From an uncultured Spirochaetota bacterium (GTDB lineage Bacteria; Spirochaetota; Spirochaetia; Treponematales; UBA12059), in assembly GCA_937873275.1 (NCBI GenBank), contig CALMRC010000052.1:4309-68308 (forward strand): a stretch of DNA of 64,000 nucleotides, given 5' to 3'. This document shows positions 8,948 through 18,391 of this stretch, one piece after another. The first letter of the stretch is position 1, and every line of letters starts with the position of its first letter. The position numbers were made by a program, and so were the translations under genes. The notes under the pieces were generated by a model. That model did not search any database. It saw nothing but the letters and a program-made list of their open reading frames with translations, and was not told the origin of the DNA.

Positions 8948-10687
8948 ATGATGAATTTTACGGAATTGGATCTGCATCCCGACCTCCGGAAGGGCATCGA
9001 GGAAGCCGGGTACATCACCTGCATGCCCGTCCAGGCCCAGGTCTTTCCCCACGCCTTCGCGGGGGAGGACATCTACGCCCAGTCCCAGACGGGAACGGGC
9101 AAGACGGCGGCCTTCCTGGTCTCCATCTTCCAGCGCATCCTCACGGATCCCGCATCCCGGGACCGCAAGGTCCTGATCCTGGCCCCGACCCGGGAACTGG
9201 CGGTCCAGATCCTGGAGGAAACCAGAAAGCTCGGAAAGTACCTGCCCGTCACCTCCGGAGCATTTTTCGGCGGCGTGGGGTACGGTCCCCAGATCGACAT
9301 GCTCAAGGCGAACGTCCAGATGATCGTGGGAACCCCGGGGCGGATCATCGACCTTCTCCAGCAGGGCAAGATGCTCCTCAAGGACGTGGGATTCCTGGTC
9401 ATCGACGAGGCGGACCGAATGTTCGACATGGGGTTCATCGACGACCTGCGCCGCCTCCTGAGGTACCTCCCTCCCCCCGACAAGCGGCAGACTTACCTGT
9501 TTTCCGCGACCCTGGGCGAGCGGGTCCGGCACCTGGCCTGGGATTATATGCGGGAACCCAAGGAAATCGTCATCGAGCCCGAGAACGTGACGGTGGACCT
9601 GGTCGTCCAGGAGGTCCACCACGTAGCGGCCAGCGACAAGTTCCGGCTGCTCCTCGGCATCCTCCGGAGGGACAACCCCGAGAGCGCCATCATCTTCTGC
9701 AACCAGAAGTACATGGTCGAGGAAGTGGCCCGCAGGATGAACATCAACGGAATTTCCTGCGACTTCATCATGGGAGATCTTCCCCAGGTCCGGCGTTTGG
9801 AGATCATCCGGCGGTTGAAGTCCGGGGAACTTCGCATCCTGGTAGCCACGGACGTCGCGGCTCGGGGTCTGGACATCGACGCCCTGGACATGGTCATCAA
9901 CTACGACGTTCCCCTGGACACGGAGTCCTATGTCCACCGCATCGGACGCACCGCCCGGGCCGGCAAGTCCGGCAAAGCCGTCACCCTGGCCTGCGAGAAA
10001 TTCGTGTACGGACTCCCGGCGATCGAGGAGTTCATCCACATGAAGATTCCCGTCGCACCCTTCGACGAGAGTCTCATAGGGGAAGACAAGAGTGCCGGCA
10101 TGCACTTCGGGCACGGCCGGGATCGGGGCCGCGACGGAACCGGCCGGCGGGGAGGGCGGGAGCTTCACCGGGATTCCCGTCGGGATGGACGTCCCGCTCC
10201 GAGGCACGGCCGGGATCGGCCGTCTCCGGCTCCTCGTCCGCGATCCGCTCCTACCCGGACAGACGCCGGGGCGCGCCCGGAAGCCCCGGTCCGTTCCACT
10301 CCCCGAGCCACCACGCCCTCGCCCGCGGAGGCGGAACTCTACAAGCTTCCCTTGGAAGAGCGGATGCGGCTGTACAAGCAGAAGTACGGAGGTCCGGCGG
10401 AGCGCGCCGAGCCTTCGGAGAAGAAACCGGCTTCCCGGGAGGGGCGACGGGATTCGGGCCGACGCCGGGGATCGGGTACGGCCGGCCGGGCGGACCAGCC
10501 CGCGGGAGCGGGCCGGCGGGAACGAAGACCCGAAGAGGGGCCCCGGGATCGCCGTCCTCCGCGATCGGATCGTCCTAAGCCGTCCTCCCCGCAGAAACCC
10601 GCCGCCGTCCCGGAATCCGCGTCCGGTACGGGTAACTCCCGGAAGGGCGGATTCCTCGGGTTCCTCGCCGGACTATTCAAGAAGTGA
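8948..10687 (+). CDS. DEAD-box ATP-dependent RNA helicase (RhlE-like) with Arg/Gly/Pro-rich C-terminal tail
   Basis: Track ORF trimmed to ATG 8948 (MMNFTELDL). Motifs AQSQTGTGKT, PTRELA, VIDEADRM, SAT and HRIGRTARAG, followed by a ~190-aa low-complexity basic tail. Confidence 0.9.
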   Translation: MMNFTELDLHPDLRKGIEEAGYITCMPVQAQVFPHAFAGEDIYAQSQTGTGKTAAFLVSIFQRILTDPASRDRKVLILAPTRELAVQILEETRKLGKYLPVTSGAFFGGVGYGPQIDMLKANVQMIVGTPGRIIDLLQQGKMLLKDVGFLVIDEADRMFDMGFIDDLRRLLRYLPPPDKRQTYLFSATLGERVRHLAWDYMREPKEIVIEPENVTVDLVVQEVHHVAASDKFRLLLGILRRDNPESAIIFCNQKYMVEEVARRMNINGISCDFIMGDLPQVRRLEIIRRLKSGELRILVATDVAARGLDIDALDMVINYDVPLDTESYVHRIGRTARAGKSGKAVTLACEKFVYGLPAIEEFIHMKIPVAPFDESLIGEDKSAGMHFGHGRDRGRDGTGRRGGRELHRDSRRDGRPAPRHGRDRPSPAPRPRSAPTRTDAGARPEAPVRSTPRATTPSPAEAELYKLPLEERMRLYKQKYGGPAERAEPSEKKPASREGRRDSGRRRGSGTAGRADQPAGAGRRERRPEEGPRDRRPPRSDRPKPSSPQKPAAVPESASGTGNSRKGGFLGFLAGLFKK

Positions 10688-10692
10688 TCCAT

Positions 10693-10719
10693 CCGCGGCT
10701 TCCGATCGGGAGGCCGCGG
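10693..10719. terminator. Hairpin between convergent helicase and plsC
   Basis: ccgcggcttcc / gatc / gggaggccgcgg stem-loop (one G-U pair) in the 37-nt gap between the two stops. Confidence 0.45.
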
Positions 10720-10724
10720 GGCGT

Positions 10725-11456
10725 TCACTCCCCTTCCCGGTTCCGCAGGATCTCAAGCCCCTCGGCGATCCTCTTCCGTACTTCGTTCGGGAGCCTCTTC
10801 CTCTCCTCGGTGCCCAGGCCCCGGGTGGGGATCGGCGCTCCCACCCGAAGGGCCGCGCGTGCCGGTACGATCCTGTGGTTTTCCTCCCATATGCGGAAGG
10901 TACCGTCGATCGAGACGGGGATGATCACGGCGTCCGCCCGGGTGGCCAGCTTGAAGCTTCCGTTGTGGAACTCCCCCAGTTCGGGACCCCGGCTCCGGGT
11001 TCCCTCCGGGAAAACGGCCATGGCAGCCCCGGACTTCAACCGGACGATGCCCCGGTCCAGGGCCTTGCGGGCCCGGGAAACCCGTTCCCGATCCAGGAAT
11101 ACCCCTCCCAGGGCGAAAATCCACAGGTTCAGGAAGGGGAACCAGGCCGCCTGGCTCTTCGTGATGAATCCGATGCACCCGGGCAGGTAGGCCAGGATCA
11201 GGGCAATATCGAAGTTTCCCTGGTGATTGGACACGAAGCAGAGGGCCGGATCCGAGGGAATCCTGTCGAGTCCTTCCACGGACACCCGGACGCCCAGCAG
11301 GGCCACCAGGCTGCGGGCCCAGAACCGTACGAGAACCCCGGTCAGGGGACGCACCGCGTGCAGTCCCGCGGAATCCAGGATCCACAGGGCCAGGGCGACG
11401 GGAGAGGAAATCGACACGGTGAGCCAAAAGTAAAGGAAGAACGCGAAGGTACGCAT
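10725..11456 (-). CDS. plsC: 1-acyl-sn-glycerol-3-phosphate acyltransferase
   Basis: 243 aa with an N-terminal TM segment, the HX4D motif NHQGNFD and the FPEGTRS motif. Confidence 0.85.
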   Translation of the reverse strand: MRTFAFFLYFWLTVSISSPVALALWILDSAGLHAVRPLTGVLVRFWARSLVALLGVRVSVEGLDRIPSDPALCFVSNHQGNFDIALILAYLPGCIGFITKSQAAWFPFLNLWIFALGGVFLDRERVSRARKALDRGIVRLKSGAAMAVFPEGTRSRGPELGEFHNGSFKLATRADAVIIPVSIDGTFRIWEENHRIVPARAALRVGAPIPTRGLGTEERKRLPNEVRKRIAEGLEILRNREGE

Positions 11457-11536
11457 ATAGAGCTAGAGTTCCCCAAAGCCCTCCCGGTTGCAAGGGGGAG
11501 CCCGCCCCCCCGGCGGGCCGATTTCGGAAACGGCTC

Positions 11537-11565
11537 TTGACACGGCTGATATATCTGGTAAGTAT
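11537..11565 (+). promoter_or_regulatory. Putative sigma70-type promoter of the gntR-GRE operon, positioned for a leaderless transcript
   Basis: Perfect TTGACA (11537-11542), 17-nt spacer, AAGTAT (11560-11565). ATG of the GntR gene is at 11571 with no Shine-Dalgarno in between. Confidence 0.4.
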
Positions 11566-11570
11566 CTTAT

Positions 11571-12278
11571 ATGGATTTTTCCGCGATCCCGGGAACGTCC
11601 GCCGACCTGCTCCTCCGGGAGCGGGTATACGGGTACCTCAAGAAATCGTTGGCGGAGGGCCGTCTGTCGCCCGGCAGCTACCTGAACCTTTCCGCCCTGG
11701 AGGCCGATCTCGGTCTTTCCCGTACCCCCCTGCGAGACGCCCTGTTGCGGCTCGAGGCGGAAGGCTTCGTCACGATCCATTCCCGCCGGGGCGTCGTGGT
11801 CAACGCCCTGGATCCCCCGGCCATCCGGAACATCTACCAGATCGTGGGAGCCCTGGAAGGCGCCGCCGCGGAGGAAGCCTCCGGGAGCGCGGACGAGGCC
11901 ACCTGGTCCGCCATGGACCGGCTCAACCGGGAAATGAAGTCCGCCCTGTCCAAGGACGATTTCGAGGAGTACTATTCCCGGAACCTCGCCTTCCACGACG
12001 CCTTCGTGTCCCTGTCCGCCAACGCGGAACTCCGCACCACCATCCGGATTCTCAAGGAGAGGCTGTACGACTTCCCGAGGCAGAAGAGCTATCTCCGGGA
12101 ATGGGAACTGGCCTCCGTCCGGGAACACGACGAGATCCTGCGGCTCTTCCGGGCCGGGGATTTTTCGGGATCCGCGGCCTACCTCCGCAACATCCACTGG
12201 TCCTACGCCCTGCAGGAGCACTACGTCCGGGCGTACTATTTCCGGGCCGCGGAAGGATCCTCCGCCGGAGCACCATGA
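11571..12278 (+). CDS. GntR-family (FadR/FCD-type) transcriptional regulator
   Basis: 235 aa. N-terminal winged HTH (LSALEADLGLSRTPLRDALLRLEAEGFVTIHSRRGVVV) plus a helical FCD-like C-terminal domain. Stop overlaps the next ATG (ATGA, 12275-12278). Confidence 0.85.
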   Translation: MDFSAIPGTSADLLLRERVYGYLKKSLAEGRLSPGSYLNLSALEADLGLSRTPLRDALLRLEAEGFVTIHSRRGVVVNALDPPAIRNIYQIVGALEGAAAEEASGSADEATWSAMDRLNREMKSALSKDDFEEYYSRNLAFHDAFVSLSANAELRTTIRILKERLYDFPRQKSYLREWELASVREHDEILRLFRAGDFSGSAAYLRNIHWSYALQEHYVRAYYFRAAEGSSAGAP

Positions 12279-13228
12279 CGGGGCTTCTCTTTGACGTGCG
12301 CAAATACTCCATCCAGGACGGACCGGGTATCCGCACGGCCTTCTTCCTCAAGGGCTGTCCGCTTTCCTGCGCGTGGTGCCACAATCCGGAGGGACTCTCG
12401 TCCCGTCCCCGGCTGATCCTGCGGCCTGACCGGTGCCTGGGGTCCGGCGCCTGCGGGGCCTGCCGTTTGGTGTGTCCCGAAGGGATCGCACGGCCCGCGT
12501 CCGGGCCGGACCCGGAGGCTTCCCCGAGCGAATTCGTCGAAGCGGTCTGCTCCGCCTGCGGACGATGCGTGGAAACCTGTCCCTCGGAAGCCCGCCAGCT
12601 CACGGGGGTTTCCATGACCGTGGAGGAGGTTCTCGCCCGGGCCCGGGAGGACGAACCCTTCTACGACGAGTCCGGAGGAGGAGTGACCTTCTCGGGAGGG
12701 GAACCCCTAAGCCAGCCCCGATTCCTGCTGGACTGCCTGGGTGCCCTCCGTACCGGGGGCATTCGGACGGCGGTCGACACAAGCGGGTACGCGCCGGCCG
12801 CCGTGGTGTCGAGCGCCGCGGCCCTGGCGGACCTCTTCCTGTACGACGTGAAGCATATGGACAGCCGGGAGCACGAGCGCTGGACCGGGGTGCCGAACGA
12901 CAGGATCCTGGAAAACCTCCGCCTGCTCGTGGACATGGGGGCCGCGATCTGGGTCCGCATTCCCCTCGTCCCCGGGGTCAACGACGGAGCCGCCAACCTG
13001 GCCGCCGCGGCGGACTACCTGGAGTCCATAGGGTTTGCCGACGGATCCGCGGGAGCGGACCGGCGTTCCGTCCAGGTACTGCCCTACCACGATTCCGCCC
13101 GGAAAAAATACGCGCTACAAGGCCTCGCCTACACCTTCCGGACCGAATCGTCCCCGGGAACCCTGGGTCCCGAAGAAGCCGTGGAACTGTTCCGTCGCCG
13201 GGGCGTTTCCGCCCGGATTGGAGGATGA
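12275..13228 (+). CDS. Glycyl-radical enzyme activating protein (radical SAM, with auxiliary ferredoxin-like cluster domain)
   Basis: Track ORF 11537..13228 trimmed to ATG 12275. Contains IQDGPGIRTAFFLKGCPLSCAWCHNPE (CX3CX2C) and two further Cys clusters (CLGSGACGACRLVCP, CSACGRCVETCP), as in activases of PFL2-type GREs. Confidence 0.9.
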   Translation: MTGLLFDVRKYSIQDGPGIRTAFFLKGCPLSCAWCHNPEGLSSRPRLILRPDRCLGSGACGACRLVCPEGIARPASGPDPEASPSEFVEAVCSACGRCVETCPSEARQLTGVSMTVEEVLARAREDEPFYDESGGGVTFSGGEPLSQPRFLLDCLGALRTGGIRTAVDTSGYAPAAVVSSAAALADLFLYDVKHMDSREHERWTGVPNDRILENLRLLVDMGAAIWVRIPLVPGVNDGAANLAAAADYLESIGFADGSAGADRRSVQVLPYHDSARKKYALQGLAYTFRTESSPGTLGPEEAVELFRRRGVSARIGG

Positions 13229-13229
13229 C

Positions 13230-15587
13230 ATGAGCGAACGCATTCGAGAGCTGAGGGAGGAGAGTTTTTCCGCCCGGCCGTCGGTGTCCGCGGAACGCGC
13301 GCGGATCCTGACGGAGGTGTACCGGGAGCGGGAAGGCAAGGTCAGCGTTCCCGTCCTCCGCGCCCTGGCCTTCCAGGCCCTCTGCGAACGGAAGACCCTT
13401 TACCTGGACCCGCGGGAGCTCATCGTGGGGGAACGGGGACCGAAACCCAAGGCCTGTCCCACGTACCCGGAACTCACCTGCCATTCCGTCGAGGATCTGG
13501 AGATCCTTCGCACCCGGCCCATGACCTCCTACGACGTGGACGATTCGGTGCTGGAAATCTACCGCGCCGAGATCATCCCCTTCTGGAGGGGACGCTCGAT
13601 TCGGGACCGGGCCTTCGCGGAGATACCCGCGGAGTGGAAGGCCCTCTACGAGGCCGGGATGTTCACCGAGTTCATGGAGCAGAGGGCCGCGGGGCACACG
13701 GCCCTGGACGGCAAGCTGTACAGGACGGGACTCCTCGAGTTCCGGGACCGGATCCTAGCCCGGAAGGCCTCCCTGGATCCCGAGGATCCGGATCGGGCCG
13801 ACAAGGCGGAAGAACTGGAGGCCATGGCCATCGCCTGCGACGCGGCCGTCCGGTTCGCCCGGCGCCATGCGGACCGGGCCGAGGAGCTTGCAGAATCGGA
13901 GCCCGATCCGGAACTCCGGGCCAATCTCCGGGCCGTGGCGGAGACCTGCCGGCGGGTTCCGGCCCTCCCCCCCCGGACCTTCCGGGAAGCCCTCCAGGCC
14001 TACTGGTTCGTCCATCTAGGCACCATCACGGAGCTCAACGGATGGGACGCCATGAGTCCCGGCCACCTGGACCAGCATCTGGCCCCCTTCTACGAACGGG
14101 ACCTGGCGGAGGGACGCATTACCCGGGATTCCGCCAAGGAACTTCTCTCCTGCTTCTGGATCAAGGTGAACAACACCCCCGCGCCTCCCAAGGTCGGAGT
14201 GACGGCGGCGGAAAGCGGAACCTACAACGACTTCACCAACATCAACCTGGGAGGCCTGACCCCGGACGGCCGGGACGGATCCTCCGAGGTGAGCATCCTC
14301 ATCCTGGAAGTGTTGGACGAATTGAGGCTCCTCCAACCCCAGGCCAACGTCCAGGTCTCCACCCGGACCCCGGATCGGATCCTGAAGGAGGCCTGCCGGG
14401 TCATCCGCAACGGCTCGGGGTACCCGTCCCTGTTCAACGCGGACGAGGTGGTGCTGGCCCAGACCGCCACGGGAAAGGCCCTCCCGGATGCCCGGGAGGG
14501 CGGGACCAGCGGGTGCGTCGAGACGGGGTGCTTCGGGAAGGAGGCCTACGTCCTCCACGGGTACCTGAACGTTCCCAAGATCCTGGAGCTGGCCCTGAAC
14601 GACGGAGTCGATCCCGTCACCGGGAACCGGATCGGGCCGTCGACGGGAAGGCCGGATTCCTTCCGGGACTTCGAGTCTCTCTACGGAGCCTTCCGGACCC
14701 AGCTGAAGTACGTCATCGACTGGAAGGTCAAGGTCAGCGAGGATCTGGACCGGATGTACGGAATGAACGTGCCCGCTCCCTTCCTCTCGGTCTACATCGA
14801 CGACTGCATCCGGTCCGGGACGGACTACTACCGAGGGGGAGCCCGGTACAACACGGATTATATCCAGTGCGTGGGCTTGGGCACGGTGACGGACAGCCTC
14901 TCCTCCATCCGAACCCACGTTTTCGAACAACGGTCGCTGGCGATGGCGGATCTCCTGGCGGCCCTGCGGGAGGATTGGGACGGCCACGAAGCCCTTCGCC
15001 AGCGGATCCGGACCAAGACGCCCCTGTTCGGCAACGACGACGACCGGGCGGACGCCCTGGCGGTCCGGGTCCTGGACACCCTGATCGAGACGATCGAAGG
15101 GCGAAAATCCTGGCGGGGCGGCACGTACTATGTCGACCTCCTCTCCACGACCTGCCATGTCTACTTCGGCCGGAAGACGGGCGCCACCCCGGACGGGCGA
15201 CGTGCCCGGGCCCCGGAATCGGACGGTACGAGCCCCGCCCACGGCTCCGACCGGTCGGGTCCCACGGCGGTCATGAAGAGCCTCGGAAAGCTGGACCAGG
15301 CCCGGACCGGAGGGACCCTGCTGAACCAGCGCTTCCTGCCCGCCGCCCTGGCGGGGGAACCCGGGATCGAGAAGCTGGCGTCCCTGGTCCGTGGCTACTT
15401 CCGGATGGGAGGCCACCACGTCCAGTTCAACGTCGTGGACGAGGCCACCCTGCGGGACGCCCAGAAGCGGCCCGAGGCGTACCGGGGACTGCTCGTCCGG
15501 GTAGCGGGGTATTCCGACTATTTCGTGGACCTGGACCGGAATCACCAGGAAGAGATCATCGCCCGGACCGCCCAGGAAGGATTCTGA
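13230..15587 (+). CDS. Glycyl radical enzyme, PFL2/dehydratase-type (substrate unknown; not a pyruvate formate-lyase)
   Basis: Track ORF trimmed to ATG 13230, 785 aa. Glycyl radical motif LLVRVAGYSDYF (Gly760 by my count). Cys loop TSGCVETG (Cys429, Glu431) of the 1,2-elimination clade. Starts 1 nt after the activase stop. Confidence 0.9.
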   Translation: MSERIRELREESFSARPSVSAERARILTEVYREREGKVSVPVLRALAFQALCERKTLYLDPRELIVGERGPKPKACPTYPELTCHSVEDLEILRTRPMTSYDVDDSVLEIYRAEIIPFWRGRSIRDRAFAEIPAEWKALYEAGMFTEFMEQRAAGHTALDGKLYRTGLLEFRDRILARKASLDPEDPDRADKAEELEAMAIACDAAVRFARRHADRAEELAESEPDPELRANLRAVAETCRRVPALPPRTFREALQAYWFVHLGTITELNGWDAMSPGHLDQHLAPFYERDLAEGRITRDSAKELLSCFWIKVNNTPAPPKVGVTAAESGTYNDFTNINLGGLTPDGRDGSSEVSILILEVLDELRLLQPQANVQVSTRTPDRILKEACRVIRNGSGYPSLFNADEVVLAQTATGKALPDAREGGTSGCVETGCFGKEAYVLHGYLNVPKILELALNDGVDPVTGNRIGPSTGRPDSFRDFESLYGAFRTQLKYVIDWKVKVSEDLDRMYGMNVPAPFLSVYIDDCIRSGTDYYRGGARYNTDYIQCVGLGTVTDSLSSIRTHVFEQRSLAMADLLAALREDWDGHEALRQRIRTKTPLFGNDDDRADALAVRVLDTLIETIEGRKSWRGGTYYVDLLSTTCHVYFGRKTGATPDGRRARAPESDGTSPAHGSDRSGPTAVMKSLGKLDQARTGGTLLNQRFLPAALAGEPGIEKLASLVRGYFRMGGHHVQFNVVDEATLRDAQKRPEAYRGLLVRVAGYSDYFVDLDRNHQEEIIARTAQEGF

Positions 15588-15621
15588 TGCCCCCGGTCCC
15601 CCGCGGAATCCGGGCGCCGGG

Positions 15622-16164
15622 ATGAGGACCGTCGCGGTCCTGCTGGACGGCCGACTCGAGGTGGCCGTCGGATCCATCACGGAGTTCCGGGGGGACGCCG
15701 TCGTGAACGCCGCCAATTCCGGACTGCTCGGCGGGGGAGGCGTGGACGGGGCCATCCACGCAGCCGCGGGCCCCGAACTCCTCGCGGAATGCCGCCGCCT
15801 CCGGGACGGTCCCCTCCGGGAAGGTCTCCCGACCGGCAGGGCTGTCGTGACCGGGGCGGGCCTCCTGCCCGTTCGGGGGATCATCCATACGGCGGGTCCC
15901 GTGTGGGCGGGCGGCGGCCGGGGAGAGGCCGCGCTCCTGGCATCCTGCTACTCGGAAAGCCTGTCGGCGGCCCGCGGTCGGGGCTACCGGACCGTCGCCT
16001 TTCCCGCCGTCTCGACGGGAATCTACGGATATCCTAAGGAGGAGGCGGCCCGGATCGCCTTCGAATCGATCGAACGATTCCTTGCGGACGGAGGTCTTCC
16101 CGAGCGGGTCACCCTGGTCTTCTTCTCGGAGTCCGACGCGTCCGTCTTCCTGCGCTCACGGTGA
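15622..16164 (+). CDS. Macro domain protein (O-acetyl-ADP-ribose deacetylase / ADP-ribose binding, YmdB-like)
   Basis: 180 aa with GDAVVNAANSGLLGGGGVDGAIHAAAG and AFPAVSTGIYGYP motifs. Confidence 0.85.
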   Translation: MRTVAVLLDGRLEVAVGSITEFRGDAVVNAANSGLLGGGGVDGAIHAAAGPELLAECRRLRDGPLREGLPTGRAVVTGAGLLPVRGIIHTAGPVWAGGGRGEAALLASCYSESLSAARGRGYRTVAFPAVSTGIYGYPKEEAARIAFESIERFLADGGLPERVTLVFFSESDASVFLRSR

Positions 16165-17493
16165 GACCCCGTATTCCTTGAGCTTGGTCAGCAGGGTCCT
16201 TCGGGTTATCCCGAGTTCCCGGGCCGTCTGCTCCCTTCGGCCGGCGTTCCGCTCCAAGGCGGCCAGGATGGCGCGCCGCTCCGTCTCCGCGAGGGTCCGG
16301 GAGCCCTCCTCCCCGGACGGGGCCTCCCGAGGAGCCCCGGTCGTCGGGGCGAAGAACTGGAAGTCCTCCGGTTCCAGAACGACCCTGTCCGATAGTATGA
16401 GGGCCCGCTCGACGGCGTTCTGGAGTTCCCGCACGTTTCCCGGAAACGGGTAGCTTTCCAGCAGGGCCCGGGCTCCGGGACTCAGGCCGTCCACCCGACG
16501 ACCCATGGTTCCGGACAGCTTCCGGATGAAGTGCTCCGCCAGAAGGGTGACGTCGCCGGTCCGGGCCCGGAGAGGGGGTAGTACGATGCGGATAACGTTG
16601 ATCCGGTAATAGAGATCCTCCCGGAAGGTGCCCTCCCGAACCATCGCTTCCAGGTCCCGGTTCGTGGCGGCCAGGATCCGGGCGTCCACGGGGATGCCCT
16701 GCACGCCGCCCAGCCTCTGGATCTTCCGGTCCTGCAGGGCCCGGAGCAGCTTCACCTGGAGGTGGAGGGGAAGCTCCCCGATCTCGTCCAGGAAGAGGGT
16801 TCCCCCCTGGGCAAGTTCGAAGAGTCCCTGTTTCCGGGTGTCCGCGCCCGTGAACGCCCCCTTCTCGTGGCCGAAGAGCTCGCTTTCGATCAGGGTCTCC
16901 GGGATCGCGCCCAGGTTGACGGCGATGAAGGGTCCCGTTCGGCCGGACGCCTGGTGGGCCAGCCGAGCGGCGACCTCCTTGCCCGTCCCGCTTTCCCCGG
17001 TCAGTAGGATCGTCGCGGGAGTCACGGCGGCCTTTTCCACCAGGCGCACGGCTTCCCGGATGGCCGGGCTTTCCCCGATGACCTCCACGCCCTCGTCGGC
17101 GGACCGGCGTTCCGCCTCCACCCCGTTCCGAAGGGTTCGTTCCCGGACGGCCTTCCGCAGGCGAAGCACCAGTTCGTCCGGGTCGAAGGGCTTCACCAGG
17201 TAGTCGTAGGCCCCCAGCTTCATGGCCTCCACGGCGTCCCCCACGTCGCCGTGGGCGGAGGCCATGATGACCGGCACGTCGGGACCGGACTCCTTGATCC
17301 ATCGGAGCAGGGTCATGCCGTCCATGCCGGGCATCCGCAGGTCCAGGACCACGGCGTCCACCGCCCGGTCCTGGAGGATCGCCTGGCCGGCCCGGCCTTC
17401 GGGCGCCGTAAGACATCCGATCCCCTCGGTCTTCAGGAATCCTTCCAGGGATCGCAGAAGATTCGGTTCGTCGTCCACCAGGAGAACCTGCAT
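16156..17493 (-). CDS. Sigma-54-dependent response regulator (NtrC family: REC + AAA+ + HTH)
   Basis: 445 aa. Receiver domain (MQVLLVDDE, DLRMPGMDG), AAA+ domain (GESGTGKE, ESELFGHEKGAFTGA), C-terminal Fis-type HTH (ARELGITRRTL). Confidence 0.9.
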   Translation of the reverse strand: MQVLLVDDEPNLLRSLEGFLKTEGIGCLTAPEGRAGQAILQDRAVDAVVLDLRMPGMDGMTLLRWIKESGPDVPVIMASAHGDVGDAVEAMKLGAYDYLVKPFDPDELVLRLRKAVRERTLRNGVEAERRSADEGVEVIGESPAIREAVRLVEKAAVTPATILLTGESGTGKEVAARLAHQASGRTGPFIAVNLGAIPETLIESELFGHEKGAFTGADTRKQGLFELAQGGTLFLDEIGELPLHLQVKLLRALQDRKIQRLGGVQGIPVDARILAATNRDLEAMVREGTFREDLYYRINVIRIVLPPLRARTGDVTLLAEHFIRKLSGTMGRRVDGLSPGARALLESYPFPGNVRELQNAVERALILSDRVVLEPEDFQFFAPTTGAPREAPSGEEGSRTLAETERRAILAALERNAGRREQTARELGITRRTLLTKLKEYGVSP

Positions 17494-17554
17494 TCCACCA
17501 CCTCAGATCGACCGCGAGCTTGCGCCGGGAGGCGCGGACCATATACTTGAAATC

Positions 17555-18391
17555 ATGATCGAGAATAACGGATCGGCGAAACTTCGGGAAGCCGTCGTTT
17601 CCGGGATATTCTATCCCGAGGACCCGGACATCCTGAGGGCGGTCGTGGAGTCGGCCCTGCGGAAAGCCTCCCCGGGCGGGACCGGAGCCTCGGCCATCCT
17701 GTCTCCCCATGCGGGCTTCGAGTACGCGGGCGCCGTCGCGGCCGCCGCCTGGGCCTCGGCTCGGGATCGAACCCCCGGCACGGTCGTGCTCCTGGCTCCC
17801 TATCATCGCGCGGAGGAGTCCGCGGTATGGCTGCCGGAGGCGGAGACGTTCCAGACCCCTCTCGGGGACGTAGAGGTCGACCGTGAGCTCGTCGATGAAC
17901 TGGAAGCCTGCGGAACCCTGTTCCGTCAGAACGATATTCCGCATTTCGAGGAGCACGGCATCGAGGTCCAGCTGCCCTTCCTGCAGGTCCTCTTTCCCCG
18001 CGCGGCCGTGGTTCCGGTGCTCCTGGGCAAGCCCGTCCCGTCCGCCGTGGATTCCCTGGCCAAGGCCCTGAGCCTGGTGTTTGCCGAGTCCCGGGAATCG
18101 ACACTATTCGTCGTTTCCTCGAATTTTTCCGCGCCCGCCTCCCCCGAGGAGGCCCGGAGCCGGTTCGAGCGGATCATGTCCTTCCTGGAATCCGGGGACG
18201 ACCAATCCCTGTACGAAGAATTCCGGAGCGAGACGCCGGACATGTGCGGCGTGGGATGTCTGGCGGCCCTGCTCCGGTCCCGAGTCCTGGACGGCAGGAC
18301 CTGGAGCCTCCGGGCCCGGGCGGATTCGGCGTCCAAGCGCTCGTCTCCGTCCGAGCGGATCGTGTACTACGCCGGGGGAGGCTGGACATGA
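17555..18391 (+). CDS. amrB: AmmeMemoRadiSam system protein B (MEMO1-family)
   Basis: Track ORF trimmed to ATG 17555. Contains GIFYPEDP, ILSPHAGFEYAG, HFEEHGIEVQLPFLQ and MCGVG motifs of the Memo family. Confidence 0.8.
   Translation: MIENNGSAKLREAVVSGIFYPEDPDILRAVVESALRKASPGGTGASAILSPHAGFEYAGAVAAAAWASARDRTPGTVVLLAPYHRAEESAVWLPEAETFQTPLGDVEVDRELVDELEACGTLFRQNDIPHFEEHGIEVQLPFLQVLFPRAAVVPVLLGKPVPSAVDSLAKALSLVFAESRESTLFVVSSNFSAPASPEEARSRFERIMSFLESGDDQSLYEEFRSETPDMCGVGCLAALLRSRVLDGRTWSLRARADSASKRSSPSERIVYYAGGGWT

Noticed and set aside
17494-17554. Sigma54 (-24 GG / -12 GC) promoter next to the NtrC-type regulator; also GGGCTATACTTGC at 39473-39485
   Set aside because: Neither candidate keeps the obligatory GG-N10-GC spacing when counted base by base.
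14016-17956. Long minus-strand ORFs 14016..15884 (622 aa) and 16109..17956 (615 aa)
   Set aside because: The first is antisense to the GRE. The second is out of frame with the sigma54 regulator, which lies on the same strand, and runs antisense into amrB. Composition is typical of high-GC shadow ORFs.
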